Under the pieces are notes generated by a model. That model had not been told where the DNA came from. It worked only from the letters and a program-made list of their open reading frames with translations, and did not search any database. A DNA stretch of 64,000 bases from an uncultured delta proteobacterium. Lineage in GTDB: Bacteria; Myxococcota_A; Polyangia; Polyangiales; Polyangiaceae. Position numbers and translations under genes: made by a program. Positions 18,362 to 27,287 of this stretch are shown piece by piece. Position 1 is the stretch's first letter. Every line of letters begins with the position of its first letter. Location of the stretch: the NCBI GenBank assembly GCA_963850305.1, contig CAWKKR010000008.1, positions 224,001 to 288,000 of the forward strand. Direction: 5' to 3'.

Positions 18362-19579
18362 ATGACGTATCGACACGCTCGTGATAGTCGACTGCCGTCC
18401 GTGCCGGCTTCCATCCCCGTCGTAGAGCTGCCCGAGACCCTGTTGCGCTCGCTCGGCGCCGGACATCCCTGGGTATACCGCGATCACGTCCCGCGCGGAT
18501 TCGAGGCGGAACCGGGCGCGTGGGTCCGGGTGCGCTGCGGGAACTTCACCGCCGTCGCGCTGTGGGATCCGGCCTCGCCCCTCGCCCTGCGGATCTTTTC
18601 GCGCGGCGAAGTGCCGGACGAAGCGTTCGTCGAACGGCGCGTCCGCGCCGCTTTCGCGCTCCGCGACGCGACCGGCGTGACCGCGCGCGCCTCGGCTTAT
18701 CGGTGGATCGCGGGCGAGGGCGATCGGCTCCCCGGCATCACCGTCGATCGTTACGCGCACTTCGCGGTGCTCACGACCGACGGTGCCGCGCTCGAGCGCC
18801 TGGTCCCGTGGGTCGTCGCGGGGTTACTCGGCTCTGCCGAGCTGCACGGGGTGGTCCGCAAGCTACGCGGCGCTTCCAGCGACGATCGGCTCGAGCTTCT
18901 CTCGGGCCGCATGCCGCCGCGCGACCTCATCGTCGAAGAGCACGGTATCCGCTTCCGTGCGGATCTCCGCGAGGGCCAGAAGACGGGCCTCTTCCTCGAT
19001 CAACGCGAGAATCGCAGAACGGTCGAGACCCTGTCGTCTGGGCGTCGCGTCCTCAACTTGTTCGGCTACACGGGAGGCTTCTCCGTTTACGCCGCACGCG
19101 GCGGCGCCTCCCGCGTCACGACCGTCGACATCGCGTCGGGCGCGATCGACGCCGCGCGTGAGAACTTCGCCCTCAACGGCTTCGACCCCGAGGCGCACGA
19201 GTTCTCGGCGACCGACGTGTTCGAGTTCCTGCGCGCGTGTCGCGGGCGCGGCGACAAGTTCGACCTGGTCGTCTGCGACCCGCCGAGCTTTGCCCGCAAC
19301 CGCGCCCAGCGCGACCGTGCGCTCAAGGCCTACGTTCGCCTGCACGCCGCGGCCCTCACCGTGACCGAGGACGGCGGCCTCTACGCCGCATCGAGCTGCA
19401 CGACGCAGGTCGGCGTCGACGCCTTTCGAGACACGCTCGCGGAAGGCGCCCGCGTCGCCAACGCGTCGCTGCAGATCATCCAGGACGCCGGTCACGCCCC
19501 GGACCATCCCGTACTCCCGGCGCACCCGGAAGGCCGCTACCTGAAGTTTCTCGTCGCGCGCGCGTCATTCGACGCGTGA
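18362..19579 (+). CDS. rlmI: Class I SAM-dependent rRNA methyltransferase (RlmI/YccW type)
   Basis: GHPWVY, GEGDRLPGITVDRY, GQKTGLFLDQRENR, VLNLFGYTGGFS, DPPSF, YLK. Confidence 0.88.
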   Translation: MTYRHARDSRLPSVPASIPVVELPETLLRSLGAGHPWVYRDHVPRGFEAEPGAWVRVRCGNFTAVALWDPASPLALRIFSRGEVPDEAFVERRVRAAFALRDATGVTARASAYRWIAGEGDRLPGITVDRYAHFAVLTTDGAALERLVPWVVAGLLGSAELHGVVRKLRGASSDDRLELLSGRMPPRDLIVEEHGIRFRADLREGQKTGLFLDQRENRRTVETLSSGRRVLNLFGYTGGFSVYAARGGASRVTTVDIASGAIDAARENFALNGFDPEAHEFSATDVFEFLRACRGRGDKFDLVVCDPPSFARNRAQRDRALKAYVRLHAAALTVTEDGGLYAASSCTTQVGVDAFRDTLAEGARVANASLQIIQDAGHAPDHPVLPAHPEGRYLKFLVARASFDA

Positions 19580-19723
19580 GGGACGAACCGGCTGTGCGAC
19601 GCGGTGTGGAGTCACGACGCGGTCCACGGAACGACTGGTACCTCCCTGGCGACGCGTGGCGACGCCTTCGGCGTCAGTGAGAACGATACCGGCGGAGTCG
19701 TCTTGGCGCCTGTCACCGGTGAG

Positions 19724-20503
19724 TCACATGTGGGGGAGATTCGAACACCCACCGCACGCCCAGCGTTTTTCCGCGTCCACATAAGCACAGTAGCCACCCA
19801 CTTCGGGGCAGTCGCTGTCGTTCGTGCATTCGTCGTTCAGCGTGTGACACGCATACGATAGACTTGCGCCAAAAGAGCATGCGCCCCCTCCCAAATCGAA
19901 TCCGAGTACCGAGCTCCCGACATTTCCCGAGAAGTAAATTCCGCACGTGGTTACCGCTCCGTCACTGAGATCATGCGAACAGGACGAGGGTCCGCCGGAC
20001 GGCGGTATGCTGGGCGAACAGAAGCCGCATTCCCCACAATCGGAATCCGTTCTGCAGCTGCTGTCGGTGGCGCAAACATTTGGGGCCGTACTCGCTCCGC
20101 TACTCCGGCAAGCACACGCTTCCTTTCCCGGACAGTCCGTGTCCGTAAGACAGTCGTCGTAGGAACAGTAGCTCTGACATTGAGAGAGGTAGCTCGCGAA
20201 ACATCGCCCATTCCTGCCCGCCGTGCAGTCGGCGTCGCTCTTGCAAAACATGCCCGTGGTGTCCAGGCACGATGTCGTGTCCAGCGGAACGGTGCTGCCG
20301 CGCTCCGGCGGGCAGTTCTGCGCGACCGCCCTGTGTGCTTGCGGGATAGCAACGGCGCTGCCGCAGGCCTGGCCATCAGAAATGGCGGAGGCCTCCAAGA
20401 GTCCGGAAGCATCCGCGTCGTCTGACGCCTGCGGGACAGCGCTCGTCTTGCCGCACGAAGCGCACAAGCACACACCAATGGCGAAAACGTTGGTGCGGTT
20501 CAT
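19724..20503 (-). CDS. Cys-rich exported protein or lipoprotein
   Basis: MNRTNVFAIGVCLCASCG signal; repeated CxxDxDC modules; lower GC than flanks. Confidence 0.72.
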   Translation of the reverse strand: MNRTNVFAIGVCLCASCGKTSAVPQASDDADASGLLEASAISDGQACGSAVAIPQAHRAVAQNCPPERGSTVPLDTTSCLDTTGMFCKSDADCTAGRNGRCFASYLSQCQSYCSYDDCLTDTDCPGKEACACRSSGASTAPNVCATDSSCRTDSDCGECGFCSPSIPPSGGPSSCSHDLSDGAVTTCGIYFSGNVGSSVLGFDLGGGACSFGASLSYACHTLNDECTNDSDCPEVGGYCAYVDAEKRWACGGCSNLPHM

Positions 20504-20645
20504 GGCTCTTCTTGGCAATGGCAACCTGAGTGCCACCCAGGTTCGCTCCTCCGTGTGCCGTCCACCGAGGAGCTTCGGGGGATCCGGCCGTCGAGTCAAT
20601 CTCGTTCGGCGCGGGTCGAGTCATGGAGCTCTCCCTGGGGGATCA

Positions 20646-20975
20646 GCTTCACCCACCGAGGTGTCCTGCTTCACCCACCGAGGTGTCCTGCTTCACCCAC
20701 CGAGGTGTCCTGCTTCACCCACCGAGGTGTCCTGCTTCACCCACCGAGGTGTCCTGCTTCACCCACCGAGGTGTCCTGCTTCACCCACCGAGGTGTCCTG
20801 CTTCACCCACCGAGGTGTCCTGCTTCACCCACCGAGGTGTCCTGCTTCACCCACCGAGGTGTCCTGCTTCACCCACCGGGGTGATCTGCTTCACCCACCG
20901 GGGTGATCTGCTTCACCCACCGAGGGGAGGTCGTTATCCCACCGAAGGTACCTGCTTCACCCACCGAGGGGAGCT
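20646..20975. repeat. 22-bp tandem array GCTTCACCCACCGAGGTGTCCT: 10 identical plus 5 diverged copies
   Basis: Units start every 22 bp from 20646 to 20954; identical through 20865; no spacers. Confidence 0.97.
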
Positions 20976-21112
20976 CGTTACCCCGTCTCTTATCGCCGAC
21001 CCGAGACGGTCCTCGAGGTTTATTCCCGCGTGAAAGAGGAAAAAGGACGAATAATACTGTCTCTCTCGTGCACGTGCGTCCCTCCCTCGACCGGCTACGA
21101 CCCCCTGGCACG

Positions 21113-22051
21113 ATGGCGCTCGCGCCCATGGACGGAGTGACGGACCACGTGTATCGGGACCTCGTCACCGCGCGGGCGCGACCGGGGGCGATCGCGTTCG
21201 CGGTGTCGGAGTTTCTTCGCGTGACGGACAGGGCGCTGCCGCGGAGCACGATCCTGCGGATGTGCCCGGAGATCGGTGCGGGCGGGACGACTCGAGCGGG
21301 CGTGCCGGTCTTGCTTCAGCTCCTCGGCGGACAGGCGGAGCCGCTTGCCGAGACGGCGCGCGTCGCCGTGCAGATGGGCGCGTGGGGTATCGATCTCAAC
21401 TTCGGCTGTCCCGCGAAGCTCGTGAACCGGCACGACGGCGGCGCGTCGCTCCTGCGCTCGCTCGATCGGCTGGAGGCGATCGTCGCGTGCGTTCGCGGCG
21501 CGGTGCCCGAAGATCGACCGGTGAGCGTGAAGGTCCGCCTCGGATGGGAATCGCGCGAGGAAATAGTCCCCATCGCGCGCGCGGCCGAGCGCGGCGGAGC
21601 CAGCTGGCTCACGATCCACGGCCGCACGAAGACCGAGATGTACGGGCCTCCGGCGGACTGGCACGCGATCGGGCGGGCGCGCGCGGCCGTGAACCTCGTC
21701 GTCGTCGCGAACGGCGATCTGAACTCGAGGGAATACATCGAACGGTGTGGGACCGCGAGCGGCTGCTCCCATTTCATGCTCGGGCGCGGCCCTATGGGCC
21801 GTCCGACGCTCTTCGTGGGAGCACCCGAGCCGACGGACACGGATGCGAACACGACGCTGCTCGTCGATCTGTTGCTCGAGTACGTCGAACTCCTCCGAGC
21901 CGCGGGCTGCACGGAGGACCGACAGGTCGGGCGCGTGAAGCAGTGGCTCTCGCTCGGCAAGAGCGTCAACGCCGAGGTCACGCCCGTCTTCGACCGCGTG
22001 AAGCGACTCCACACCCGCGACGCAGTCTGCGCGGCCCTCCGCTCCGCCTGA
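21113..22051 (+). CDS. tRNA-dihydrouridine synthase (DusC-like); start may be GTG 21068
   Basis: LAPMDGVTD, QLLGG, IDLNFGCPAK, VSVKVRLGW, TIHGRT, ANGD. Confidence 0.9.
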   Translation: MALAPMDGVTDHVYRDLVTARARPGAIAFAVSEFLRVTDRALPRSTILRMCPEIGAGGTTRAGVPVLLQLLGGQAEPLAETARVAVQMGAWGIDLNFGCPAKLVNRHDGGASLLRSLDRLEAIVACVRGAVPEDRPVSVKVRLGWESREEIVPIARAAERGGASWLTIHGRTKTEMYGPPADWHAIGRARAAVNLVVVANGDLNSREYIERCGTASGCSHFMLGRGPMGRPTLFVGAPEPTDTDANTTLLVDLLLEYVELLRAAGCTEDRQVGRVKQWLSLGKSVNAEVTPVFDRVKRLHTRDAVCAALRSA

Positions 22052-22065
22052 CGGGAGAACCCCCG

Positions 22066-22878
22066 ATGGATTTCGTACCCGACCTCGATGCCTACTTGAC
22101 CCGGATCGGAGACGACGGCTCTCGCGCGCCGGCGCTCGCAACCTTGCACCGGATCGTGGCGGCCCACACTCGCTCCATCCCGTTCGAAAACCTGGATGTG
22201 TTGCTCGGGAAGGGCATCGATCTCGAGCCGGAACGGGTCGAACGGAAGCTCGTGCACGAACGCCGCGGGGGATACTGCTTCGAACAGAACACGCTGCTCT
22301 TGCGGGCTCTCCAGGCGCTCGGGTTCCAGGCGGCTGCCCTGAGCGCCCGGGTCCGTTATCAGAGGCCAAGAGACTACACACCGCCGCGAACGCACGTCTT
22401 CGTGCGCGTCGAGGTCGACGGCGTGTCCTGGCTGGCCGACGTCGGAGTCGGTGGACTGTCGCTCACGGCCGCGCTCCGCCTCGACACCGAGTCCGAGCAA
22501 CCCACCCCGCACGAGCCTCGCCGCATCGTCCGTGAGGGCGGGCTCTACTTTCACCAGGTGCTCCTCGAGGGGACCTGGCAAGACGTCTACGAATTCACGC
22601 TCGAGGAGATGCCGTCGATCGATCGCGAGCTCGCCAACTGGTACACGAGCGCGCATCCCGGATCGCACTTCAAGAACCAGCTGCTCGTGGCGCGCGCCAC
22701 CCCGGACGGACGCAAGACACTGCTGAACCGCGAGCTGACTCTCCGGAAGACCGCGGGCCACGTCGACCGGCGCACCGTTGCGACGCCGGATGAGTTGCTC
22801 GAGGTCCTCGACGAGCACTTCGGCCTGTCCTTTCCGACGGGAGTCCGCTTTGCCTGCACCGGACTCGACTGGGGATGA
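22066..22878 (+). CDS. Arylamine N-acetyltransferase
   Basis: IPFENLD, RRGGYCFEQN, RTH and ADVG: Cys-His-Asp triad. Confidence 0.93.
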   Translation: MDFVPDLDAYLTRIGDDGSRAPALATLHRIVAAHTRSIPFENLDVLLGKGIDLEPERVERKLVHERRGGYCFEQNTLLLRALQALGFQAAALSARVRYQRPRDYTPPRTHVFVRVEVDGVSWLADVGVGGLSLTAALRLDTESEQPTPHEPRRIVREGGLYFHQVLLEGTWQDVYEFTLEEMPSIDRELANWYTSAHPGSHFKNQLLVARATPDGRKTLLNRELTLRKTAGHVDRRTVATPDELLEVLDEHFGLSFPTGVRFACTGLDWG

Positions 22879-23020
22879 CGCTCGACCCGCGACCCCGCGA
22901 GCGAGCGCCATACCGACGTCAGTCTCCACGTATGGCTGGACTGTGAGACCGCGCCCGGGCGTCTCGGCACCCTCGGCGCACCTCGATTCCGCTGGAACTG
23001 AGTCGTCCCGCGGAGGTCGG

Positions 23021-23107
23021 TCGAAGGATCTCGAACGAAGATCGAACACACCTCGAACACTCCTCGAACGAAGGTCGAACACACCTCGACCGAAGGGCGA
23101 ACGACCG
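23021..23107. repeat. 11-bp-period TCGAAC-core repeat array (8 units)
   Basis: Cores at 23021, 23031, 23042, 23053, 23064, 23075, 23086 and 23097. Confidence 0.85.
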
Positions 23108-23191
23108 CGAGTTGAGCCAGGGCGGAATTCGCGGTGGCACTGCCATTCCTGACACTGCCGGAGCGGCCCGGTCCCGGGCATTCTCCGGGAC

Positions 23192-24212
23192 GTGAACGCC
23201 TACCTGCTCATCAATGCGGTCGTGCAGCAGACGATGGTGTTCATCGCGCAGCTCGCGACCTCGGGCGGCGTGCGGGCGCCGCTGGCTCACGTCGCCGAGC
23301 AGGTGTTCCTCGATCTGACGAACGAGCTCTCGAATCGCGGCGTGAAGAAGAAGGTCATCGCCGACATGTTCGGCATGGCACTCCGGACCTACCACCGGCG
23401 AGTCCGTGAGCTCCAGGAGAGCAAGACCGACTCGGGACGCTCCGTCTGGGAAGCCGTGCTCGGGTTCATCCGGCAGCGCGGTCCGGTCAGCGGTCACGAC
23501 GTGCTCCTCCGGTACGCCGGAGACGATCCGGAGGTCGTGGCCGGCGTGCTCGGCGATCTGTCGCAATCGGGGCTGGTGTATCGCGCGGGGCGCGGCGAGT
23601 CGGCGCGGTATCGCATCGCCGACGACGTCGAACTCGGCACGGAGGACGGGTCGATCAACGCCGCGCACGAGCACCTCGTGTGGCTTGCGGTCTACCGCGA
23701 AGGGCCGGCGACCGCGGACGCCCTCGTCGCCTGGACGCATCTCGGCAGGAAGGTGATCGAGACCGTGCTCGAGACGCTCATCGAGGAGGGCCGCGTCGTG
23801 GAGACGCGGAGCGACGCGGGTTCGACGTACAGCGCCGACCGGTTCGAGGTGCCGCTCGGCGCGTCGAGCGGCTGGGAGGCCGCGGTGCTCGATCACTTCC
23901 AGGCGGTGGTCACCGGGATCATCGCGAAGCTCGCGCGCGGCCAGGCCCGCGGGGGCGCGGCGGATTCTCATCGGCGGCTCGACGTGGTCGCTCGACGTGT
24001 GGCCGGGCCATCCGCTCGAGAACGAAGCGAAGACGCTGCTCCGCGGCGTGCGCGTGAGGGTGGAGGAGCTCCGTCGCCGCATCGACGCCCACAATGTCGC
24101 AGCAACAAACCCCGGCCGGCGTGAGCGCGTCGTGTTCTACGCCGGCCAGAACATCCGGGACGGCAGCTCGACGGGGCAAGAAGGAGAGAGGGAGTCGGAT
24201 GACGAAGTTTAG
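23192..24212 (+). CDS. Multi-HTH/winged-helix protein (about 339 aa once a +1 indel at ~23966 is removed)
   Basis: HTH VKKKVIADMFGMALRTYHRRV and two wHTH-like segments; removing one T in GATTCTC restores D-L-I-G-G-S-T-W-S-L-D-V-W-P-G-H-P and joins ORF 23997..24212. Confidence 0.72.
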
Positions 24213-25179
24213 ACAGGTACGGTTCGCGGCGGGGCTTGCTCTCGCCGTCGCAGGGTGCAGCTCACCGAGCCCGGAGACGTCGAGCTCGACGCACTGGGTG
24301 ACGTGCGAGACGGTCGCCGACTGTTCGTCGGTGTCCGGCGCAGCCGCGTGCACGACGGGGTATTGCGTGGACGCGCAGGGGACTCGCTTGCCGGCCGCGA
24401 ACGGTGCCGACGCGGGGCCGTCTCCCTGCGATCCGCTGGCGCCGCACGAGCTCCCCGTGACGCTCGGGACGATCCTGGGCGTCGGCAAGGACGCGCAGGG
24501 CACGATCTACCTCGCGGACGAGACCGTGAGCGCGACGGCAGGCACCATCGATCGCGTCTTCGTGTCGAGCGGTAATACGCTGTACCGGAAGGTGATCGGG
24601 GGTGCGGGACTGAGCACGATCCCCGGCGGCGTGATGGACTACTCGTTCTCGTACACGAACGATGACGGCTCGGGCGGCGGCGAGCTGCTCCTCGAACGCC
24701 CGGCGAGCGGCCCCGCGACGTCCATGGCGCTCGGCGCCGGTGGCAAGGGCGGCACGACGACCGCGACGCTGACGATCCTCCCGTCGAGCGCCATCCAGGG
24801 CATGACGCTCCGGAACCTGCCGGGAGACGTCGATATCACGTACGTCGGCGACGTCGCGAACGGCGACGTCATCCTCGTCACGCAGCCCCGCGACGACTGG
24901 GACGGCACGTACAAGCTCTACTACGGCGCGCCGGACAGCGTGATCGATCGCACGATCGTGAGCTCGTCCGAGACGCGGAGTGGCGGCATCGACATCCAGT
25001 TCCGCGTCGGCACGGCGACGTACGACGCAACGACGTCGTTCGTGTTCGGCGGAGACGCGAGCGCCGTCGGTCATCCCGGGCCCGGCACCCTCGACACGGG
25101 CAACGGCACGACCCTCACCTTCACCGAGCGTCTCCCGACGCCCACGACGCTGCCCGGCCTGACGTTCACGTGCCTCTAG
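24199..25179 (+). CDS. Lipoprotein with an N-terminal STHW/Cys module and a beta-rich domain
   Basis: MTKFRQVRFAAGLALAVAGC lipobox; SSTHWVTCETVADC...CTTGYC; GGAG RBS. Confidence 0.82.
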   Translation: MTKFRQVRFAAGLALAVAGCSSPSPETSSSTHWVTCETVADCSSVSGAAACTTGYCVDAQGTRLPAANGADAGPSPCDPLAPHELPVTLGTILGVGKDAQGTIYLADETVSATAGTIDRVFVSSGNTLYRKVIGGAGLSTIPGGVMDYSFSYTNDDGSGGGELLLERPASGPATSMALGAGGKGGTTTATLTILPSSAIQGMTLRNLPGDVDITYVGDVANGDVILVTQPRDDWDGTYKLYYGAPDSVIDRTIVSSSETRSGGIDIQFRVGTATYDATTSFVFGGDASAVGHPGPGTLDTGNGTTLTFTERLPTPTTLPGLTFTCL

Positions 25180-25240
25180 CGGGACCCTTCGAACATGGGC
25201 GGGACGCTCCGTTGGGAAGCGCGATCCGCGTGGCCTCGCG

Positions 25241-25657
25241 TTACTCGTGGAGCAGCGCGGAGCGCCCGTACAAGGCGGGAAACAGGCTCTGATCGCGAAG
25301 CACCACGTAGTCGACGGCGGTGAACCCGGTGCCGCCGAGATCACAATCGACGAGCACCCCATGCCACGTGCACGATCCTGCCGCCGTCGTACCGTTTGCG
25401 CTCAGCCCCAGGCGGAGCAGCCAGGGCGCACCGGCATCTCGAGAGCCGTCACACGTCGGCCCGAGCCCGTCGAACTGGCCGAAGGCGACCGGCGAAGAGA
25501 GCTCGTCGAGAAGGGACCCCGAGCTCGCATCCGCGACGCCGAGCACCGGCACGGGATCGTCCGCTTCTCTCAGCACGATGGCGACGAGCGCGCGCGAACC
25601 GGTCTCGTCCTCACTCCAAGCGATGAGCGCTCCACGATCGAGGGTCAATCCCGCCAC
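25241..25657 (-). pseudogene. Decayed PIN-toxin N-terminus joined to unrelated sequence
   Basis: MAGLTLDRGALIA resembles VapC starts of the MAGLTLDxGALIA type; later PIN motifs absent; overlaps the antitoxin stop. Confidence 0.5.
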
Positions 25658-25938
25658 GTAGACCGAATCCGAACGAGTTCCTCCTCGGTGAGGTTGCCCT
25701 GCTCCGATTCGTACTCTTCGAGGAGCTTCTGCAGGCGCCGACGGCGAACGTCCCGGGCGAGCGCGTCCGTGACATGTGCGCTCAGGGTACGCCCCGATCT
25801 CCGCGCATCCCGCTCGACGTCGCGAAGGATGGCTTCGTCCACCGTGAGCGAGATCTTCTTGGCTCGCGCCGTCCTGGCGTTCGCCCGGGCACGCGGCGCG
25901 CGTGCTCGGGCCTTTGCCGGCACTGCTTGCTTGGGCAC
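25645..25938 (-). CDS. Ribbon-helix-helix antitoxin
   Basis: AKKISLTVDEAILRDVERDARRSGRTLSAHVTDALAR...LEEYESEQGNLTEEEL. Confidence 0.78.
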   Translation of the reverse strand: MPKQAVPAKARARAPRARANARTARAKKISLTVDEAILRDVERDARRSGRTLSAHVTDALARDVRRRRLQKLLEEYESEQGNLTEEELVRIRSTWRD

Positions 25939-25944
25939 GAGGTA

Positions 25945-25961
25945 TCCTACGTTAGGTAGGA
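25945..25961. promoter_or_regulatory. Inverted repeat TCCTAC-N5-GTAGGA, putative antitoxin operator
   Basis: Perfect 6-bp IR immediately upstream of the antitoxin GTG. Confidence 0.5.
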
Positions 25962-26023
25962 CTCATCATCAAAGGAGGCGCGCCAGCGACGGACCGCCCG
26001 CGCTCGAAGTCACCGCCGCGGTT

Positions 26024-26728
26024 TCAGAACGTGTACTTCAACCCCGCCGAGCCCACCCAGGCGAGGGCCGTCGCGTTGTCGATCGCTCGATCGAAGATGC
26101 TCGCGTAGCTCCGGACGCCGCCTTGAAGGGTGAGCGCGTAGTGCGGGCTCACCTGGTACCACTCGATGCCCCCGAGCGCGCCGAAGTACGGCCCCACGGA
26201 GTCCGAGTCCAGGAATCCGTAGCTCCGGAGTGAGTCGTTGGTGACGCTCGCGAGCCCGACTTCACCCTGCGCGTAGAGCCCGATCGCGCGCGACGCTTGC
26301 ACGCCGAACCGCGCAGCGACGCTGAGCCCCCACAGCACGAACCCGCGCGGGTCCGGCGGCGGATTCGCGAACCCCGTGTTCGACGGCGTGACGTCCCCTT
26401 GAACGAGCACCATCAGCCAGTGCAGCGGCTCGTATCCGAGTGCCGTGTGAAACCACGGCGCCGTCGGCGACACGTGCCGCATCGCGCCGAGCTGGCCCAT
26501 CGCGCCGAGCCCCGACTCGATGACGAAGCCGTGGTGTCGCGGGGGCGGCGGGGGCGCTTCGGGCGCTTCGGGCGTCTTCGAAATGTCCGCCGAGGCCGGC
26601 TGGGTCGCGAGCCACGCCTGGATCTGCTGCGCGTCGGGTCCCGGCGCCTTTGCGTCTTCCGCCTTTGCGACGGAAGCCACGAGCATCAGCGACGCTACAC
26701 CGACGATCGAGCGCACGAGTAACAGCAT
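26024..26728 (-). CDS. Outer-membrane beta-barrel protein
   Basis: Signal peptide, amphipathic strands, C-terminal GLKYTF. Confidence 0.75.
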   Translation of the reverse strand: MLLLVRSIVGVASLMLVASVAKAEDAKAPGPDAQQIQAWLATQPASADISKTPEAPEAPPPPPRHHGFVIESGLGAMGQLGAMRHVSPTAPWFHTALGYEPLHWLMVLVQGDVTPSNTGFANPPPDPRGFVLWGLSVAARFGVQASRAIGLYAQGEVGLASVTNDSLRSYGFLDSDSVGPYFGALGGIEWYQVSPHYALTLQGGVRSYASIFDRAIDNATALAWVGSAGLKYTF

Positions 26729-26757
26729 CGGTCTTTCGATGCTACTTCGCGTCAGCG

Positions 26758-27279
26758 TCAGCGCGCGCGGACTTTCTTTTTCCGTCCCTGGAGCCCGCGG
26801 AACGCCGGCACGACGGGCGCCGGAGGTTGTTTCTTCTGCATCACCGGCGCCGGCGCGGCGTGCGCCGGCGCAGCGCGCGGTGGCTCGACGCGGCGCGGGG
26901 GTTCCGCGGCGCGGGGCGCGGGCCGTCGCTGTTCGGCTCCGCGCGTTGCGGCGGGAGCGCTGGGTTCCTCGGTGTGAAGGGCGCCGCGGACGCGAGCACC
27001 TTCTTCGATCCCCACGCGCGGCGCGGTGATGTTGCCGGTGACCTGCGCCGTCGCGTCGAGCACGACGGCTTCACTGCCGCGGAGCTCACCCGCTACGACG
27101 CCGCCGATCGCGAGTCGTGCGCCGGTGATGTCGCCGCGTACGTTCGCCTGGTCGCCGAGTGTCACGTCACCCTGGACGTGCACGTCCCCCTCCACTCGCC
27201 CGTAAATCTCGATCGACCCCTGGCCGCGGACGTTGCCGCGCACGACCGTTCCAAGCCCAATGACGGATCCTTCGGCCAT
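26758..27279 (-). CDS. Bactofilin with a Pro-rich basic tail (BacP-like)
   Basis: SVIGLGTVVRGNVRG...GRVEGDV...IEEGARVRG. Confidence 0.9.
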   Translation of the reverse strand: MAEGSVIGLGTVVRGNVRGQGSIEIYGRVEGDVHVQGDVTLGDQANVRGDITGARLAIGGVVAGELRGSEAVVLDATAQVTGNITAPRVGIEEGARVRGALHTEEPSAPAATRGAEQRRPAPRAAEPPRRVEPPRAAPAHAAPAPVMQKKQPPAPVVPAFRGLQGRKKKVRAR

Positions 27280-27287
27280 CTTGTTCC

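Noticed and set aside
19727..19750. tRNA T-arm-like GGGTGTTCGAATCTCCC on the minus strand (possible att site)
   Set aside because: No D arm, anticodon arm or acceptor stem; it lies in the last codons of a CDS; no integrase nearby.
20646..20975. CRISPR array
   Set aside because: Units are contiguous with no unique spacers, and there are no cas genes in the window.
20223..21033. Plus-strand ORFs encoding (SPTEVSCFTHRGVLLHPPRCPA)n
   Set aside because: A by-product of a stop-free 22-bp unit being open in all three frames; no RBS or protein-like context.
21262..22878. 538-aa extended NAT ORF overlapping dus
   Set aside because: The extension is an off-frame read of dus; the real start is ATG 22066 after a GGAG RBS.
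13251..25961. Prophage or defence island around the two TA loci
   Set aside because: No integrase, transposase, phage or defence genes; the intervening genes are mostly ordinary metabolic and RNA-modification functions.
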